Assembly: GCF_009914755.1 (NCBI RefSeq)
Contig: NC_060933.1
Strand: one strand, 5' to 3'
Length of the DNA stretch: 64,000 bases
From: the human T2T-CHM13v2.0 reference genome, Homo sapiens
In this document: piece by piece, positions 14,544 to 28,420 of the stretch
Layout: every line of letters starts with the position of its first letter
Position numbering within the stretch: the first letter of the stretch is position 1
Made by a program: the position numbers and the translations under genes
Notes under the pieces: model-generated
Told to the model about the DNA's origin: nothing
Databases searched by the model: none
Seen by the model: only the letters and a program-made list of their open reading frames with translations

Positions 14544-15276
14544 GTGAGTGCTGGCTTTTGGGACCTATTTTTGAGGGGAAAGAATATGGTCATTGCTTCC
14601 TTCTGGATACACTGAACCCTCGATAAAGGACTTGGAGGTGGCTTGTGTGACTTTTACTGCTGAAGTAAATAGGCTTTGTTTTAAGCCTGGTACCTAATCA
14701 ATCCAGAACTTAGCTGTGTTTATATGCCACAGGGAAGTCAAAGCCAATGCATCTTGGAACTGACTGAAAGTAAATGACCACTGTGTAGCTCCCTGTATTA
14801 ATGCATAAGGCCCTCTAGACTGAAATATACCATGCAAAACATGGCATACAGAAAGACATCTTGAATATTTCCTGTGACTAGTCAAGACCCTATCAAGGAG
14901 GTGATCAGTATCATCTGCACTCTAACTGAATCTTGCATTTATACCCTAACTGAAACTTGCATCCTTTTGTACACTGTTTCTCCTCTATCTTTCTAGTTGG
15001 AACATATCCCTTAATACACAGATTTAGGGTTTATCCTCAACAGTGTCATTAGCTGACTGTCTAATGGAATCAACCTCTTTCTCTATCTTTATATGAAATT
15101 ATTTATTTATTTGGATTTCCTCATTATCAGAAACATACCCATGCAATTATTTAAAGACTTGATTTTGTCCTAAATTAGGTAAAATAGGATAATGAAATGT
15201 GTATCCATATGTAATAATCAAATAGAGAACCCAAACCTATTTGTATCCATAATTTAAACAGAATAAGTAAGGTAAC

Positions 15277-15729
15277 TGCATTAGTTTCCAAATGCTGCTA
15301 TAACAAATTTCTAAAAACTTAATGGCTTAAAACAGCACAAATTTATTATGTTACAGTTCTGAAAGTAAGGAGTCTAAAATGAGTTTGCAAGGCTGCATTC
15401 TTTCTGGAGGCTCTAAGGAATAACCTGTGTTCCTGCCTTTTCCGGCTTTTAGAGGCTACTCACATTTCTTAGCTTATGGATCTTTCCTCATATCACTCAG
15501 ATCTCTGCTTCTATCATCACCTCTCTTACTCAAACACCGACCCTCCTTCCTCTCTCTTATAAGGATGCTTGTGATTATGTTGGGCTTACCTAAACAATAC
15601 AGATAATCTCCACATCTCAAAATACTTAACATTATCACACCTAAAAAGTCCCTTCTACTGAGGTTATATATTCACAGGTTTCTGGGACTGGGATATGAAC
15701 ACCTTCAGAGCTATATTCTGCCTACTACA
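15277..15729 (-). mobile_element. MLT1C/D-type MaLR solo LTR
   Basis: Termini 'tgcattagtttcc..gctgctataacaaa' and 'attctgcctactaca'; about 450 bp. Confidence 0.85.
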
Positions 15730-15864
15730 ATAAGCAATACCCAAGCTAGTATTTTATTTTGTGCCCGAGGAACTGTATTTTCACATCTCATTTCAGCTAT
15801 GCTTGGTCATTCTACATCTTTATCATCCAAGGTGCAGATGAAATAAGAGTGTTTTGCTCTGTGG

Positions 15865-16030
15865 AATAGTAGAAAGTGCATTGGCTTTGGAGTCAGAAAG
15901 CCCTATTTTCACACTCTGGCTTTTCCATTGAGCCAACTGTATGGCCATGAACAAGACATTTAACTTCTCTGATCCCTGACCCTTTGAATGTAGTGTGGTC
16001 CTCAATAAATGGTAGTTGCTTTAACAAAAT
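15865..16030 (+). mobile_element. MIR
   Basis: 'ggctttggagtcagaaag...aacaagacatttaacttctctga...ctcaataaatggtagttgct'. Confidence 0.7.
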
Positions 16031-16745
16031 AATAATTATTGTCAAATTTTAAACCCCAGGCTCCCAGCTTTATACCCATTGTCTTTATTCCTTCAATGAG
16101 GGAGTCCCTTCTCTCGTCATATTTCCAGAAATACTGTCAATATTCCTATCATGCTTTTCCCAAGTAAGGAATGTGAACTCAAACCACTTTGTAAGTGTTG
16201 GATCACACACTTCGGGCCATGCCTTTCATCCTGGCAGGAAGGCAGTGTGCATGCTATCCTGCCAGGCTCACTTGCTATCCAGCCCAGTTCCTAATACTCA
16301 TGAACCTTCCCATGCTCTCCAACTCTTAGACGGAGAGAGCATTTTTATCTTTAACTCATATGAATAATGCTGGCAAAATAATTGCAGGTGAACAGTTATT
16401 CCAATTAACAGTGTTTTAAAGTCTATATTCTAAGAAGAGGATTTACTAGATTATAAACTTAATATTGCTCAGAAATAACATTTCATACACTTTAACGGTT
16501 TTTCTGCAAACTATCCCCTAAATTATTACCCTCCCTACAAAATAGAATATTAATACATGTTAGACCACTTTACTAGCATTAAAGTGTTATTATTGTTATT
16601 AATTCATTGTAAAAAATGTTTTCAATGTAGTATTGTACCCTGTGGCTATTTGTATTTTCTATCTGGCAATTATCTCCTTGTCTTTATTTTTCTAGTGGAG
16701 TGTTTATAATTTTTCTTATAGATTAATAGGAGCTATTTACATAGT

Positions 16746-17298
16746 ATTAGGCATTGACTGCATTGAAGGCCCAATTCTTTGCCCTCCCTGTTTCCAGGGA
16801 ACTGTCTTTCTGCCATGTAACTCTGCAGTACCCTCCTACTCAGGAAAATATGTTATTCTCACTCCTTAACATGGTGATCAATTATGTGACCTATGTTGAC
16901 AAATGGCATGCTAGCAAATGTGATACAGGCAGATACTTGAAAACGCTTCTGCATTTCTATTGGTTTTCATTTCTCTGCCATTGCTGTGAGTATTTATCTT
17001 TGATAGCCTCCTGGATGAAAGACACGTGAATACAACTGAATCATTCCCTATCATCCCAACCAAGTCTATCCTGTATTAAGTGACAGCCAGCCGGCTCTTA
17101 GTCTTGGGAGAGAGCCCAGACAAGATCAGTAGAGCTGCCTCACTACCCCTCAGTTGACCACAGGCACATAAATGAGTCCAGAGGAGGTCAGCTAAATCCC
17201 ACGGACCTGTGAGCTAAATAAAATGTTATTGCTTTTTGCCACTAAGATTTTGTGGGTGGTTGTTATGCAACATTATTGCAGCAAAAGCAACTGATGTA
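16746..17298 (+). mobile_element. MLT1G/H-type MaLR LTR
   Basis: 3' end 'gccactaagattttgtgggtggttgttatgcaacattattgcagcaaaagcaactgat' typical of MLT1. Confidence 0.75.
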
Positions 17299-17411
17299 TC
17301 TATAAGGATATTCGGCACATTCACACCCAGCCCTTTCCCAGTTTGTCACTAACCTCTTAAGTATATTTACATATTTTTAAATATATAGGCTTATACATTT
17401 TCATATCAACT

Positions 17412-18220
17412 TGTGGTGAAATAAGAAATATATTTGGTGTTTGTCCCCAGTTCCTGGCACAGAGCTGTTAAAACCATTGGAACTTCCTAAGGGATAAGGT
17501 TGATAGGAATGTCTTTTGTTCTAGTAAAGGAACTCTTGGCAGGCCCCTAGATAGCTTCAGGATGAGGGCTAGTTGCCAGAAAGACCAAGCCTTAATTAGA
17601 AGCTTGGAATTTTCAGTCCTACCCCCCTCCCTACCACCCACCCCTCCATGCCAACCTTTGGGGAAGAGAGAGAGATGGAGAGTTAGTTAATAAACAATCA
17701 AGCTTACATAATGAAATCTCAATTAAAAACTAAAAAACTAAAAATAAAAATAAAAACTAAATGATGGAGTTCTGAGAGCTTCCTAATTGGGGAACACTTT
17801 CACATGCCAGGAGGGTAGTACACCTCAACCCCATGAGTGACAGAAGGTCCCACCATTAGGACATTTCTGAACTTCATCCTATCTACCTCTTCACCTGACA
17901 GTTATTTTTATCCTTTATAATAAACCAGTGGACCTAAGTAAATGGCTTCCTGAGTTCTGTGAGCCATTCTAACAAATTGCAAAACCTGAGGAGGAAGCCA
18001 TGGGGACCCCCAATTTATAGCCAGTCAATTAGAAGTAAAAATTTGCATCTGAAGTGAGGTTGTGAGATTGAGCTCTTAAACCTATGGAGTCTGACATTAA
18101 ACCTGAGCAGTTAGTCAGTTTAAATTGAATTGTAGGATACCAAGTCAGTGTCATAGAATTGGAGAAGTGGATTTTGAAAAGAGAATTGGAAAAGATATGA
18201 CACATTTTGTGTTAGGAGGA
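17412..18220. mobile_element. MER21-type LTR
   Basis: 'ataagaaatatatttggtgtttgtccccagttcctggcacagagct', 'gcccctagatagcttcaggatg', 'tcctgagttctgtgagccattctaacaaatt'. Confidence 0.8.
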
Positions 18221-18689
18221 AAAAACCCTCTCAATCCATGTTCAGAAATCTCTAGCTATAGCTACATTATAGCAGCAACTAAAAGTGACACCAACAAACT
18301 TGATATATATGACAGCTCTCTGGATTATCTCAACAAAGCAAATATTGGCAATGCAGCTCCAGGCTAGGTAGAGGTCACCACAGAGATAGATGGGCTCTAA
18401 AGAGACCCCAAAGAAGTCAGGCTCCTGCCCCTTGCAGGCTGATATTTGTTCTAAACATGGAGTCTCCATATAGAGCTCTCTGTTCTCAGCTCAGTTTAGT
18501 CATTCAATGCATGACAACTTTTGAAAATTTAAATGAATAAAGAAGAGACTCATATATTCTTGCTTTTGTGAATAATTTCAAGGTTTCTTCTTTCTTAATA
18601 TATTCATGTAATAAGATAAAATAATTCAAGGATTATATTCTAGTTGGCAAAGAAACCTTACAGATGATGACAAATACAAACATTATACC

Positions 18690-18822
18690 GATGTGTACAG
18701 ATATGTCAATATAGAGATAGACACAAATGTATATAGATATATACAAATGTATACAGATGTACACATATGTATGTACATACAGGCACATAAAGGCAAAATA
18801 CAGACATATACAGATATGTCAA
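18690..18822. repeat. Degenerate ATGTACAGAT/ATATACAGAT low-complexity repeat
   Basis: Repeated short units; 'tacagatatgtcaa' occurs at both ends. Confidence 0.6.
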
Positions 18823-19582
18823 CTAACAGTTATTACCAAGAAGGTGACTGTGAAGTATGGGGTCAGGGCCAAGGTATTAGTCAGATCAGAGTTAGTAGCG
18901 GTTCACAGAAGGAATTTGTTTATATATATTAAAAAGTGGGCAAATAAATAAATGTATTATGGATTAAATATTTATTTAAAGATCCTTTTTTTAAAGAAGG
19001 CAAAAAATTACCAATAAAGGCAATCTTTCATGTCAAGAGCTGAGCTAAGCTGGAGACAGCTGAGCTATGAGGTATTAGGGCTGTCAATTAAAACAACAAG
19101 CCAAAATGAAAGTACTAGTTGTCCACCAAAAAAGTTAGAACTAATAAATGAATTCAGTAAAGTTCAGGATACAAAATCAACATAAAATAATTAGTAGTGT
19201 TTTCATACAGTAATAAAAAGCTTTCTGAAAAAGGGACCTAGAAACAATCTCATTTACAATAACATCAAAAAATCTTAGGAATAAATTTAACCAAGGAGTT
19301 AAAAAACCTGTGCATTGAAAACTAGAAAAACACTGACAAAAGAAGCTAAAAGGGACACAAATAACTGGAAAGATATTTTGTGTTCATGAAATGGAAGAAT
19401 TAATATTGTTAAAATGCATATACTTCTCAAAGCAATCTATAGAGTCAACAAAATTCTTATTGAAATTTGAAAGTAATTTCTCACAGAAATAGAAAAAACT
19501 ATCCTAACATTCATAAAAACCCAAGAAAGACCCAGAAAAGCCAAAGCTATCTAGAACAAAAAGAATAAAATTGTAGGCATCA

Positions 19583-19836
19583 AAACCAAACACTGCATGT
19601 TCTCACTCATAGGTGGGAATTGAACAATGAGAACACATGGACACAGGAAGGGGAACATCACACACCAGGGCCTGTAGTGGGGTCGGGGCAGGGGGGAGGG
19701 ATAGCATTTGGAGATATACCTAATGTTAAATGATGAAGGTGCAGCACACCAACATGGCACATGTATACATATGTAACTAATCTGCACGTTGTGCACATGT
19801 ACCCTAAAACTTAAAGTATAATAATAAAAAAAAAAA
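19583..19836 (+). mobile_element. 5'-truncated L1PA 3' UTR nested in L1MA
   Basis: L1PA 3' UTR ending 'accctaaaacttaaagtataataataaaaa'; perfect 16-bp TSD aaaattgtaggcatca (19567-19582, 19833-19848). Confidence 0.93.
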
Positions 19837-20276
19837 TTGTAGGCATCATATTACCTGACTTCAAAATCTACTACAAAGCTTTGCAATAGAAGCATCATGG
19901 TACTGGCATAAAAGAGAGATATTGACTAAATAGAACAGAATAGAGAGCTCAGAAATAAATCTGCACATTTACAGCCAAATGCCAAAAATAGACAATAAGG
20001 AAAGGACACTTTTTTTAATAAATGATGTCAGGAAAACTAGATATTCACATAATTGAGATTAGAGCCTTATCTCACACCATGTACCAAAATCAATCCAAAA
20101 TGAATTAAAGACTTAAATGTAAGACCCAAAACTATAAAAATACTAGAAGAAAACTTAGGGAAAACTCTCCTGAACATTGTTCTGGGAAATATTTTTTTAT
20201 ATGATCCCCAAAACAAATGGATTTGACAGGCAACAAAACTAAGAAGAAACAAATGGGATTTCATCAAGCTAAAAAG

Positions 20277-20405
20277 TCCCAGGCACGGTGGCTTACACCT
20301 GTAATCCCAGCACTTTGGGAGGCCGAGGCTGGTGGATCACGAGGTCAGGAGTTCGAGACCAGCCTAACCAACATGGTGAAACCCCATCTCTACTAAAAAA
20401 TACAA
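20277..20405 (+). mobile_element. AluS left arm only
   Basis: 'ggatcacgaggtcaggagttcgagaccagcctaaccaacatggtgaaacccc' to the linker, then L1 sequence. Confidence 0.88.
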
Positions 20406-21302
20406 TACTACTTCTTGGTATATATCCAAAAGAAATGAAATTAGTATCTCAGAGAGATAGCTGCACTCCTATGTTCATTATAGCATTATTTACAATAGCC
20501 AAGATAAAGAATAAACCAAAGTGTTCTTCAATGGAAAATTTTCAAATGAAAATGTCACACACACAAACACACACATTCACACTCACACGCATAGAAACAT
20601 TATTCCACCTTTTAGAAAAGGAAATCCTGCCATTTGCAAAAATGTGGATGAACTTGGAAGACATTATGCTAAGTCAAATAATCCAGGCACAGAAAAACAA
20701 ATACTACGTAATCTCACTTATTGTGAAAACTAAAAAAGTCAAACATGGAAGCAGAGAGTAGAATGATGGTTGCTAAGGGCTGAGGGTGGAGGAGAGGGAG
20801 AAATAGAGAGATGTTGGTCAAAGGGTACAAAGTATTAGTTTGGCAGAATAAATAAGTTCTGAAGATCTAAAGTAGCCTCATGATTAGAGTTAATACTGTA
20901 TTGTATACTTGAAATTTGCTTAAATGTTCTCTCCACACACCCACACAAAATGACATGTGAGGTGATGGATATGTCAATTGGTTTCATTGTGATAATCATT
21001 TTACAATGTATGTATACATTTTAAAAGACTTAAAGTATAATAATAAGAATAATAATAATAATAATTAAAACAAAAACTACTAGAAAAAAAAAAGCTGGAG
21101 GGAAAATCAAACACAAAGGTAACAGTTAAGTCTTTAATCACTTGCTGTGATTAAACACTCTTGTGTATAAGCAAGACACTAACCTGAAGAATGCACTGGC
21201 TCTCTGCTGTTCTATTTTTCCCCCATGTAAAAGTGCAGATAAGAGTAAGCTGAATTAGTGCAGATGAAGGGAAATCTGAGTTCCTCGCTCACAATTAAAG
21301 AC

Positions 21303-22826
<1,524 letters not shown>

Positions 22827-23344
22827 TTACTTCCGGGGGATATAGTAATAATCTCTAAAATCCAAATGTTTTATAAGACACTTTTATAAAAATAACAGTT
22901 CAAAAGAAACATTTGCAAAATAATTATTAGTTCTTATACAAATCTTCAGATTAAAAAGAAGACAATAAATACTTTTGTTGAAATCATTGATTTGTCTCTT
23001 AATTTAAACTAACTTTATAGAAAACAAAAATATCAGCTATGTAGGAGCACTAACATTTTATTCCCATTAATCAGCAGAGTTTCTTTCACCAAGAGTACAA
23101 GGGACTATAATTTTAAGACTAGGTGTTGGAATTTCATTAGAGAGACAAAACAAACATAAAGAGAAAATATATAGGGAAAGAGTAAAATGTGATTATAAAC
23201 AAATGCAATATGTGCATATAATATTTTACAACTATTTTTTGAAGGCTACCTAATCTGTCTAATTGATATATCAGGTGATTCATATGAGCGTTCAACACTA
23301 TTCTAATTCTTAGTCACCTGTATGCTGGTTGGAGCTATGGCACA

Positions 23345-23393
23345 GTATACTGATATCCTTAGCTATTTGGGTATACTGATATCCTTAGCTATT
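23345..23393. repeat. Direct repeat of gtatactgatatccttagctatt (23 bp x2, period 26)
   Basis: Exact copies at 23345-23367 and 23371-23393. Confidence 0.9.
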
Positions 23394-23827
23394 AAGTATG
23401 CACAAAGCCTGAAGCAGCTGGAGCTTCATGTTCCATAATCCAGGTAACAAACTCCAGACATAGTCTTTAGTTCCTTGGATGACAGGTGAGCAGAACAGGG
23501 TCTGACCATTTCTCTACATTACCAACTAGTAGTGAACATGCTGTGCCATACCTACTGCTCACCATTCTCCATGAATCAATGTGTCGTCAAAGGTTAGAAT
23601 CCCCTGCACAACTATTTCAAGAACAGTGTTGATGACCATAGTGTGTGATAGAGGCCAGGAGAAATTTTTGGTGAATTCATAATTGGACAGTGACCCAGAA
23701 ATCCTGTCTTCACATATAGCACATACTTCTGTCTATTTGAGGTCAATATGGTAATTTAATGAGATCTAGACCAGCACAGAATGGTATTTCCACAATGCTT
23801 GCAAGTGTAAAACATTAGTGCTCCATC

Positions 23828-24143
23828 TTTTTTTTTTTTTTTATTTGAGACAGAGTCTTGCTCTTGTCGCCTAGACTGGAGTACAGTGGTGCGAATCTTG
23901 GCTCACTGCAACCTCTACCACTTAGGTTCAAGTGATTCTGTTTCAGCTTCTCGAGTAGCTGGGACTACAGGTGCCTAACACCATGCCTGACTCATTTGTG
24001 TGTGTGTGTATTTTCATATTTTTAGTAGAGACAGGGTTTCACCATGTTGGCCAGGTTGGTCTCAGATTCCTGACCTCAAGTGATCCACCCGCCTCGGCCT
24101 CCCAAAATGCTCGGATTACAGGAGTGAGCCACAGTGCCCAGCC
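23828..24143 (-). mobile_element. AluS with (TG)n in linker
   Basis: Antisense dimer; TSD tccatctttt on both sides. Confidence 0.92.
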
Positions 24144-25059
24144 TCCATCTTTTTTTTTTTTTTTTTTGAATACTTGATATGAATATTTCAATGAATTTAA
24201 AATCTACTGACATCATCATAGGAAATTCCAGCTTTGCCAGTTTGATTTTTAAAACATATGTTTTAATATAAAATAAAGGTCTAAAATAAAAGTGTTACAA
24301 CACTTTTAAAAATGTTTTAATATATTCATTGAAGTAAAAACTGTTTTGAAAAATGTTTTACTATACTCAGGAAATATACCTAGGACTGTATGTTTCAGAA
24401 TAGCTGGACCATGCTTGGTTGGTCTAGGCTAATCAGGGTAATTTTATCTCCTTATCAGTAATTGGTTGGGAATGGGTATGTGAAGCCAAGTTTGGTATAT
24501 ACCACATCCTGGGTTGGCAGAATAAAATGTCATTCTCAAAGGCATAAAGAATTCAGGTTCTATTATGTCCTCATTAAATTAGTGTGCTTCATTAAAAAGA
24601 AAAAAGAAAGAAAGAAAACAAATCAGCTATGGTAGATAGTGATGGACCACCATAACTTTAACCAAGCAATAGCCCCAATCCTAGTTTATGTCCTGCATCT
24701 GATATCTTTTCTAGAACAGATCAGTGCAGTGCCTGGCACTCGCTAGGCAGTTATGGGCCTAATGAATGCCTTCTTTAATCTCCAGTAGGAAGGAAGATCA
24801 GAAACAGCCTAACACCAAAAGAAACCCACCTAATAAAATCTTAGTTTATTTGGTGCTTTCCAGAATCTACTGTTACAAATATTTTTGCTATTTGACCTTC
24901 ATTAACGCTTTCAAAATATTACATTCTCTTCAAATTTCAAAAATAAATTTATATTCTTTGGCTTCTTCTTCGCCCTCTCTGTTTCCCTCCCCCTCCTTCT
25001 TCTTGAGTTTCTATATTTTAGATGATAATCAAGGTAGACATGATATTGTTCAACAGTAT

Positions 25060-25453
25060 ATTGTTCTCCTCTTAGCCAGATTTCCCAGTTTCTAGAGGTT
25101 GGCTCTTCTCAGGCTACTTGTCATTGAGCATGTCCACGTGATTAGTTGAATCTAATGAAATGTGAATTTTATATATACCACTTCCAGGCTGAGGCAGTGA
25201 TAAAACTATGTGGTATTGTTCAGTCTCTCTGTCCCCATGCTCAACAACCTAGAAAATCTTATATTGATGTAATAGAAGTATGAAATTTGAACACCTAGAA
25301 TCACTGAGATGCTACACAGAGGAGAGTTGTCCTGGATTGTTGTAAGAACTTGCAGTGAAATTTGAACATGAAATAACTTTTTGTTGAATTAAGCCTCTGA
25401 AACTTTTAGTTATTTGCTGACCAAAGCATAACCTGGCATTACTCAGATTATAT
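25060..25453 (+). mobile_element. MLT1I/J-type MaLR LTR
   Basis: 'accacttccaggctgaggcagtga', 'ttaagcctctgaaacttttagttatttgctgaccaaagcataacctggc'. Confidence 0.65.
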
Positions 25454-27784
25454 AAGTCTCTATTACTTAGTTTACAATAGCAAAAATGCTCAAGCATCTT
25501 TGCAATTTTTAATACCCAAATATTTTCTTTTTTCTTTCTGAAGAGTTTTTCATCTCACAATAACTATGTTGGGAAAATATAATTTTTTGTGACTCTTCTC
25601 CATGACAAATTATAAATTAAAAAATGTATGCTTTATATATCATCCTTTATAAAATGTTTCTTTGCTAATACAAGTTCATAAGGATTGAAAGAGCTTGCTT
25701 TAGTTTTCCCCAGCATGGGACTTAACTCAAGCAAGCCTCAGTTGTTGGGGTTGTGGTTCCTCAAAGAGATGAATGAATGAAGAAGAGAAGGAAACATAAA
25801 GTAAGTAGTGGCAGGGCTAATGAGTCAAATCAAAATGTAGGGCTAGTCTTCACTGAAATAAATTGATATGCCAATAGTAAATTTGGGATTTATATGGGCC
25901 ACAGTTAGTTTGTAGGGTAATAATCTTATTTGGTAGGATGGTTTAGTAGCAACCATCTCTAAGTGTGGATGAAGCTTGAAACCGAATGTATAATCCTGTA
26001 GTTTCAGGCTGTCAGCAGGTTTGGAAAATTGTCAGCCAGGAACTAACAATGTAGAGAGAAAGGGGCAGTCCTTGTAAAGGAGATGCAAGGGACAGCCAGT
26101 GTTCAAGCATAACAAAGTAATAGAAAAAAGAAGTGACTATGAAAATATAATCCATGTTCTAGTCTTTCCCCACTCAGGTAGCCATAGTGATCTTTCCAAA
26201 ATGCAAAACTTATCATGTTGCTCAACTGCTTAGGTTCAATATTGTTTCATTTATCTTTATGCAGTTTGCTTAATTGTTTTTGTTTTTACTTCTTCTTGCT
26301 GGAGTGTTTTAAAGTAAATCAAACATACATGTCACACATTAACACTTCAGTATGCATCTCTTATTAATATACATTTACTTTTATGGTTAATAGTCATCAA
26401 CTTTCTGCCATTCTTTTTATCAGCTAAGATCCTCCCATCTTGTTTTTCAGTTTGAGCATTCCAATAAGCCTACTGGAAAAAAGGCAGGATAGTCTTATAT
26501 ACACATGGTATACATAATGTCTAATATGATTTCTGTCATGTAATTGTTGCTTAATAATTATAATGATGATTTTTTAAAAACCAAGTATTTCAAGCTGGGG
26601 AACAATAATATAGATTATATCAGAATCTAGCTATCTATTCCTCCTATCATTCTTAGGCTGGATTTCAACCTTTTGCATTAGTGTTCTACCTTGGTGAAAA
26701 TTTGTACTCATCATCATTTGGTATATAAGAAAAATTGAAATAGAGTATGGGCCTCTAAAATTATATTTTAACTTGAGTATGTAGAGGTTCTCAGCCCTTC
26801 TCAATGTCGTCAATGAAGTAGATTGAGATTTAATTGTATATTTAGGTCTAAATGAGGATCATTCATCCCTTACTCAGGAGCAATCATTCTAGATCTGAGT
26901 GTACTTACTGAGGGAAAACAAAAGATGAAAATTTATAACATATCAAACAGGACATCAACAATTTAGCTATATCTTAAATTTATCTTCTCTAAGCATCTCT
27001 GGTTCAACAAATCCCTGAGCAAAATCCTGGGATTGCCCCTCAGACTGGAGAAAGGAGGCAAATAGTAGACACATTTGTTTATAGCATAAGCCAGGATCAG
27101 ATAGCGATTATATTGGGCAGAAATATTTCCTTCAGTTTCATCATTCAAGGAGGATAGTAATTCTTCAAATCTACAAATAAATAAAAAGTTTGAAATAAGT
27201 AAAGCATGTGGTATAGGCTTTTAGATATCACCATTGTTTAAAGTTTTCCTGCAGATATGTTCTGATCTTTGTCAATACATTCATATATATTAATTCTATA
27301 GATGTAGACACATAGTTCAGAGCAGAGTCTATTCAAATTTTTAAAAGGAAATTACTCAATCCCTCTAAATGATTGACACATTGACTTACCGGGAAATTTA
27401 TTAAAAATCTATCCTGGTTTATTTCTTGGAAAATTGTAGTTCTAAAATATTCTCCATGAGGAGCTAATGAGATTTAGGCAAAATTATTCTACAAATAGCC
27501 ATGGTGAAAAAAAATCTGATTTTGTAGTCAGAAACCAGTTAATGAGCAATCTGTATAAGTCTTAAAATGCCATCTTTTAGCTGATATTCTCACATAATTC
27601 ATATCAATATTTAAGACATATCAAAATTGTGATTACTGTTTAAAAAAGATTCTCATGGTGTATAAATCATAATTTAATTTGGTAAAAACATATTTTTTTC
27701 ACTCACCCAACCCCTTCCTTTTAACTTGTTTCTTACTATTTAATGAGCTAGATGTACACCACCTGTTATTTGATCATTATATCA

Positions 27785-28420
27785 AGCCTGTGTTCAGCCT
27801 GGAAAGCAGAACCATACCAGGGAATTTAATTCAGCAAACTAGTCACAGAGTTTTCAGAAAAGCCAAAAACAGGGAAAGATGAGCTACCCAGATATAATTC
27901 ATCTGCAGGAAGCTGCTGTTTGTACTCCTAAAACTGGAGGTAGAGAAGGAGAAGGAAATGATTATACCAGAGTCCAGAAGCCAGGCTCACCAGGGGGAAC
28001 GAAAACCCCAGTGAAGGAGATTCCCAGGAGACCACCAGATGAGCCACATAGAAGAGACCACCAGGTGGGAGCTGGAACTCTGTGGAAGGACCATAGGCAG
28101 GGGTTAGACCCATAGTATGGGCTTCTAAGTGTGACTGAGACCATAAAGGAAGGAACAGGTGACAAGAAGGAGCTGTCTAAAAAGAACTAGAATTATAAAG
28201 GTAGAGTTACTGCTGAAGATTACATCTGAAGCAGCAAGAGGGGCAGAGAAAGAACTCAGTTGGCCTTCCCACACTCCAGTCTTCTGCCACTTACGCAGGC
28301 AGAATCTAAACAGAAGTCAATCAGGCAGGGAACCTGAAAGACACAGGTTTACTTCCTGCTATAGAGAGAAGAACCAGGAGGGGAAGTACACACAAAAGTA
28401 AATAGGCAAATGGCTAGAAC
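27785..28420. mobile_element. Very old LTR-like element, family uncertain
   Basis: Purine-rich block with 'ggcagaatctaaacagaagtcaatcaggcagggaacctga', resembling old ERVL/MaLR LTRs. Confidence 0.4.

Larger units (their letters stand above)
19120..21020 (+). mobile_element. L1MA (L1MA8/9-like) 3' half with nested L1PA and Alu
   Basis: Sense ORF2 ('ttagaactaataaatgaattcagtaaagttcaggatacaaaatcaac'); C-terminal [21 protein letters not shown]; L1MA 3' UTR 'gttggtcaaagggtacaaag'. Confidence 0.85.

Noticed and set aside
26903-26926. Minus-strand 'cttttgttttccctcagtaagt' as a recursive splice site
   Set aside because: AG and GT share one G; a recursive site needs AG|GT
27384-27500. Strong minus-strand donor CCG|GTAAGT
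   Set aside because: No convincing acceptor upstream within exon distance
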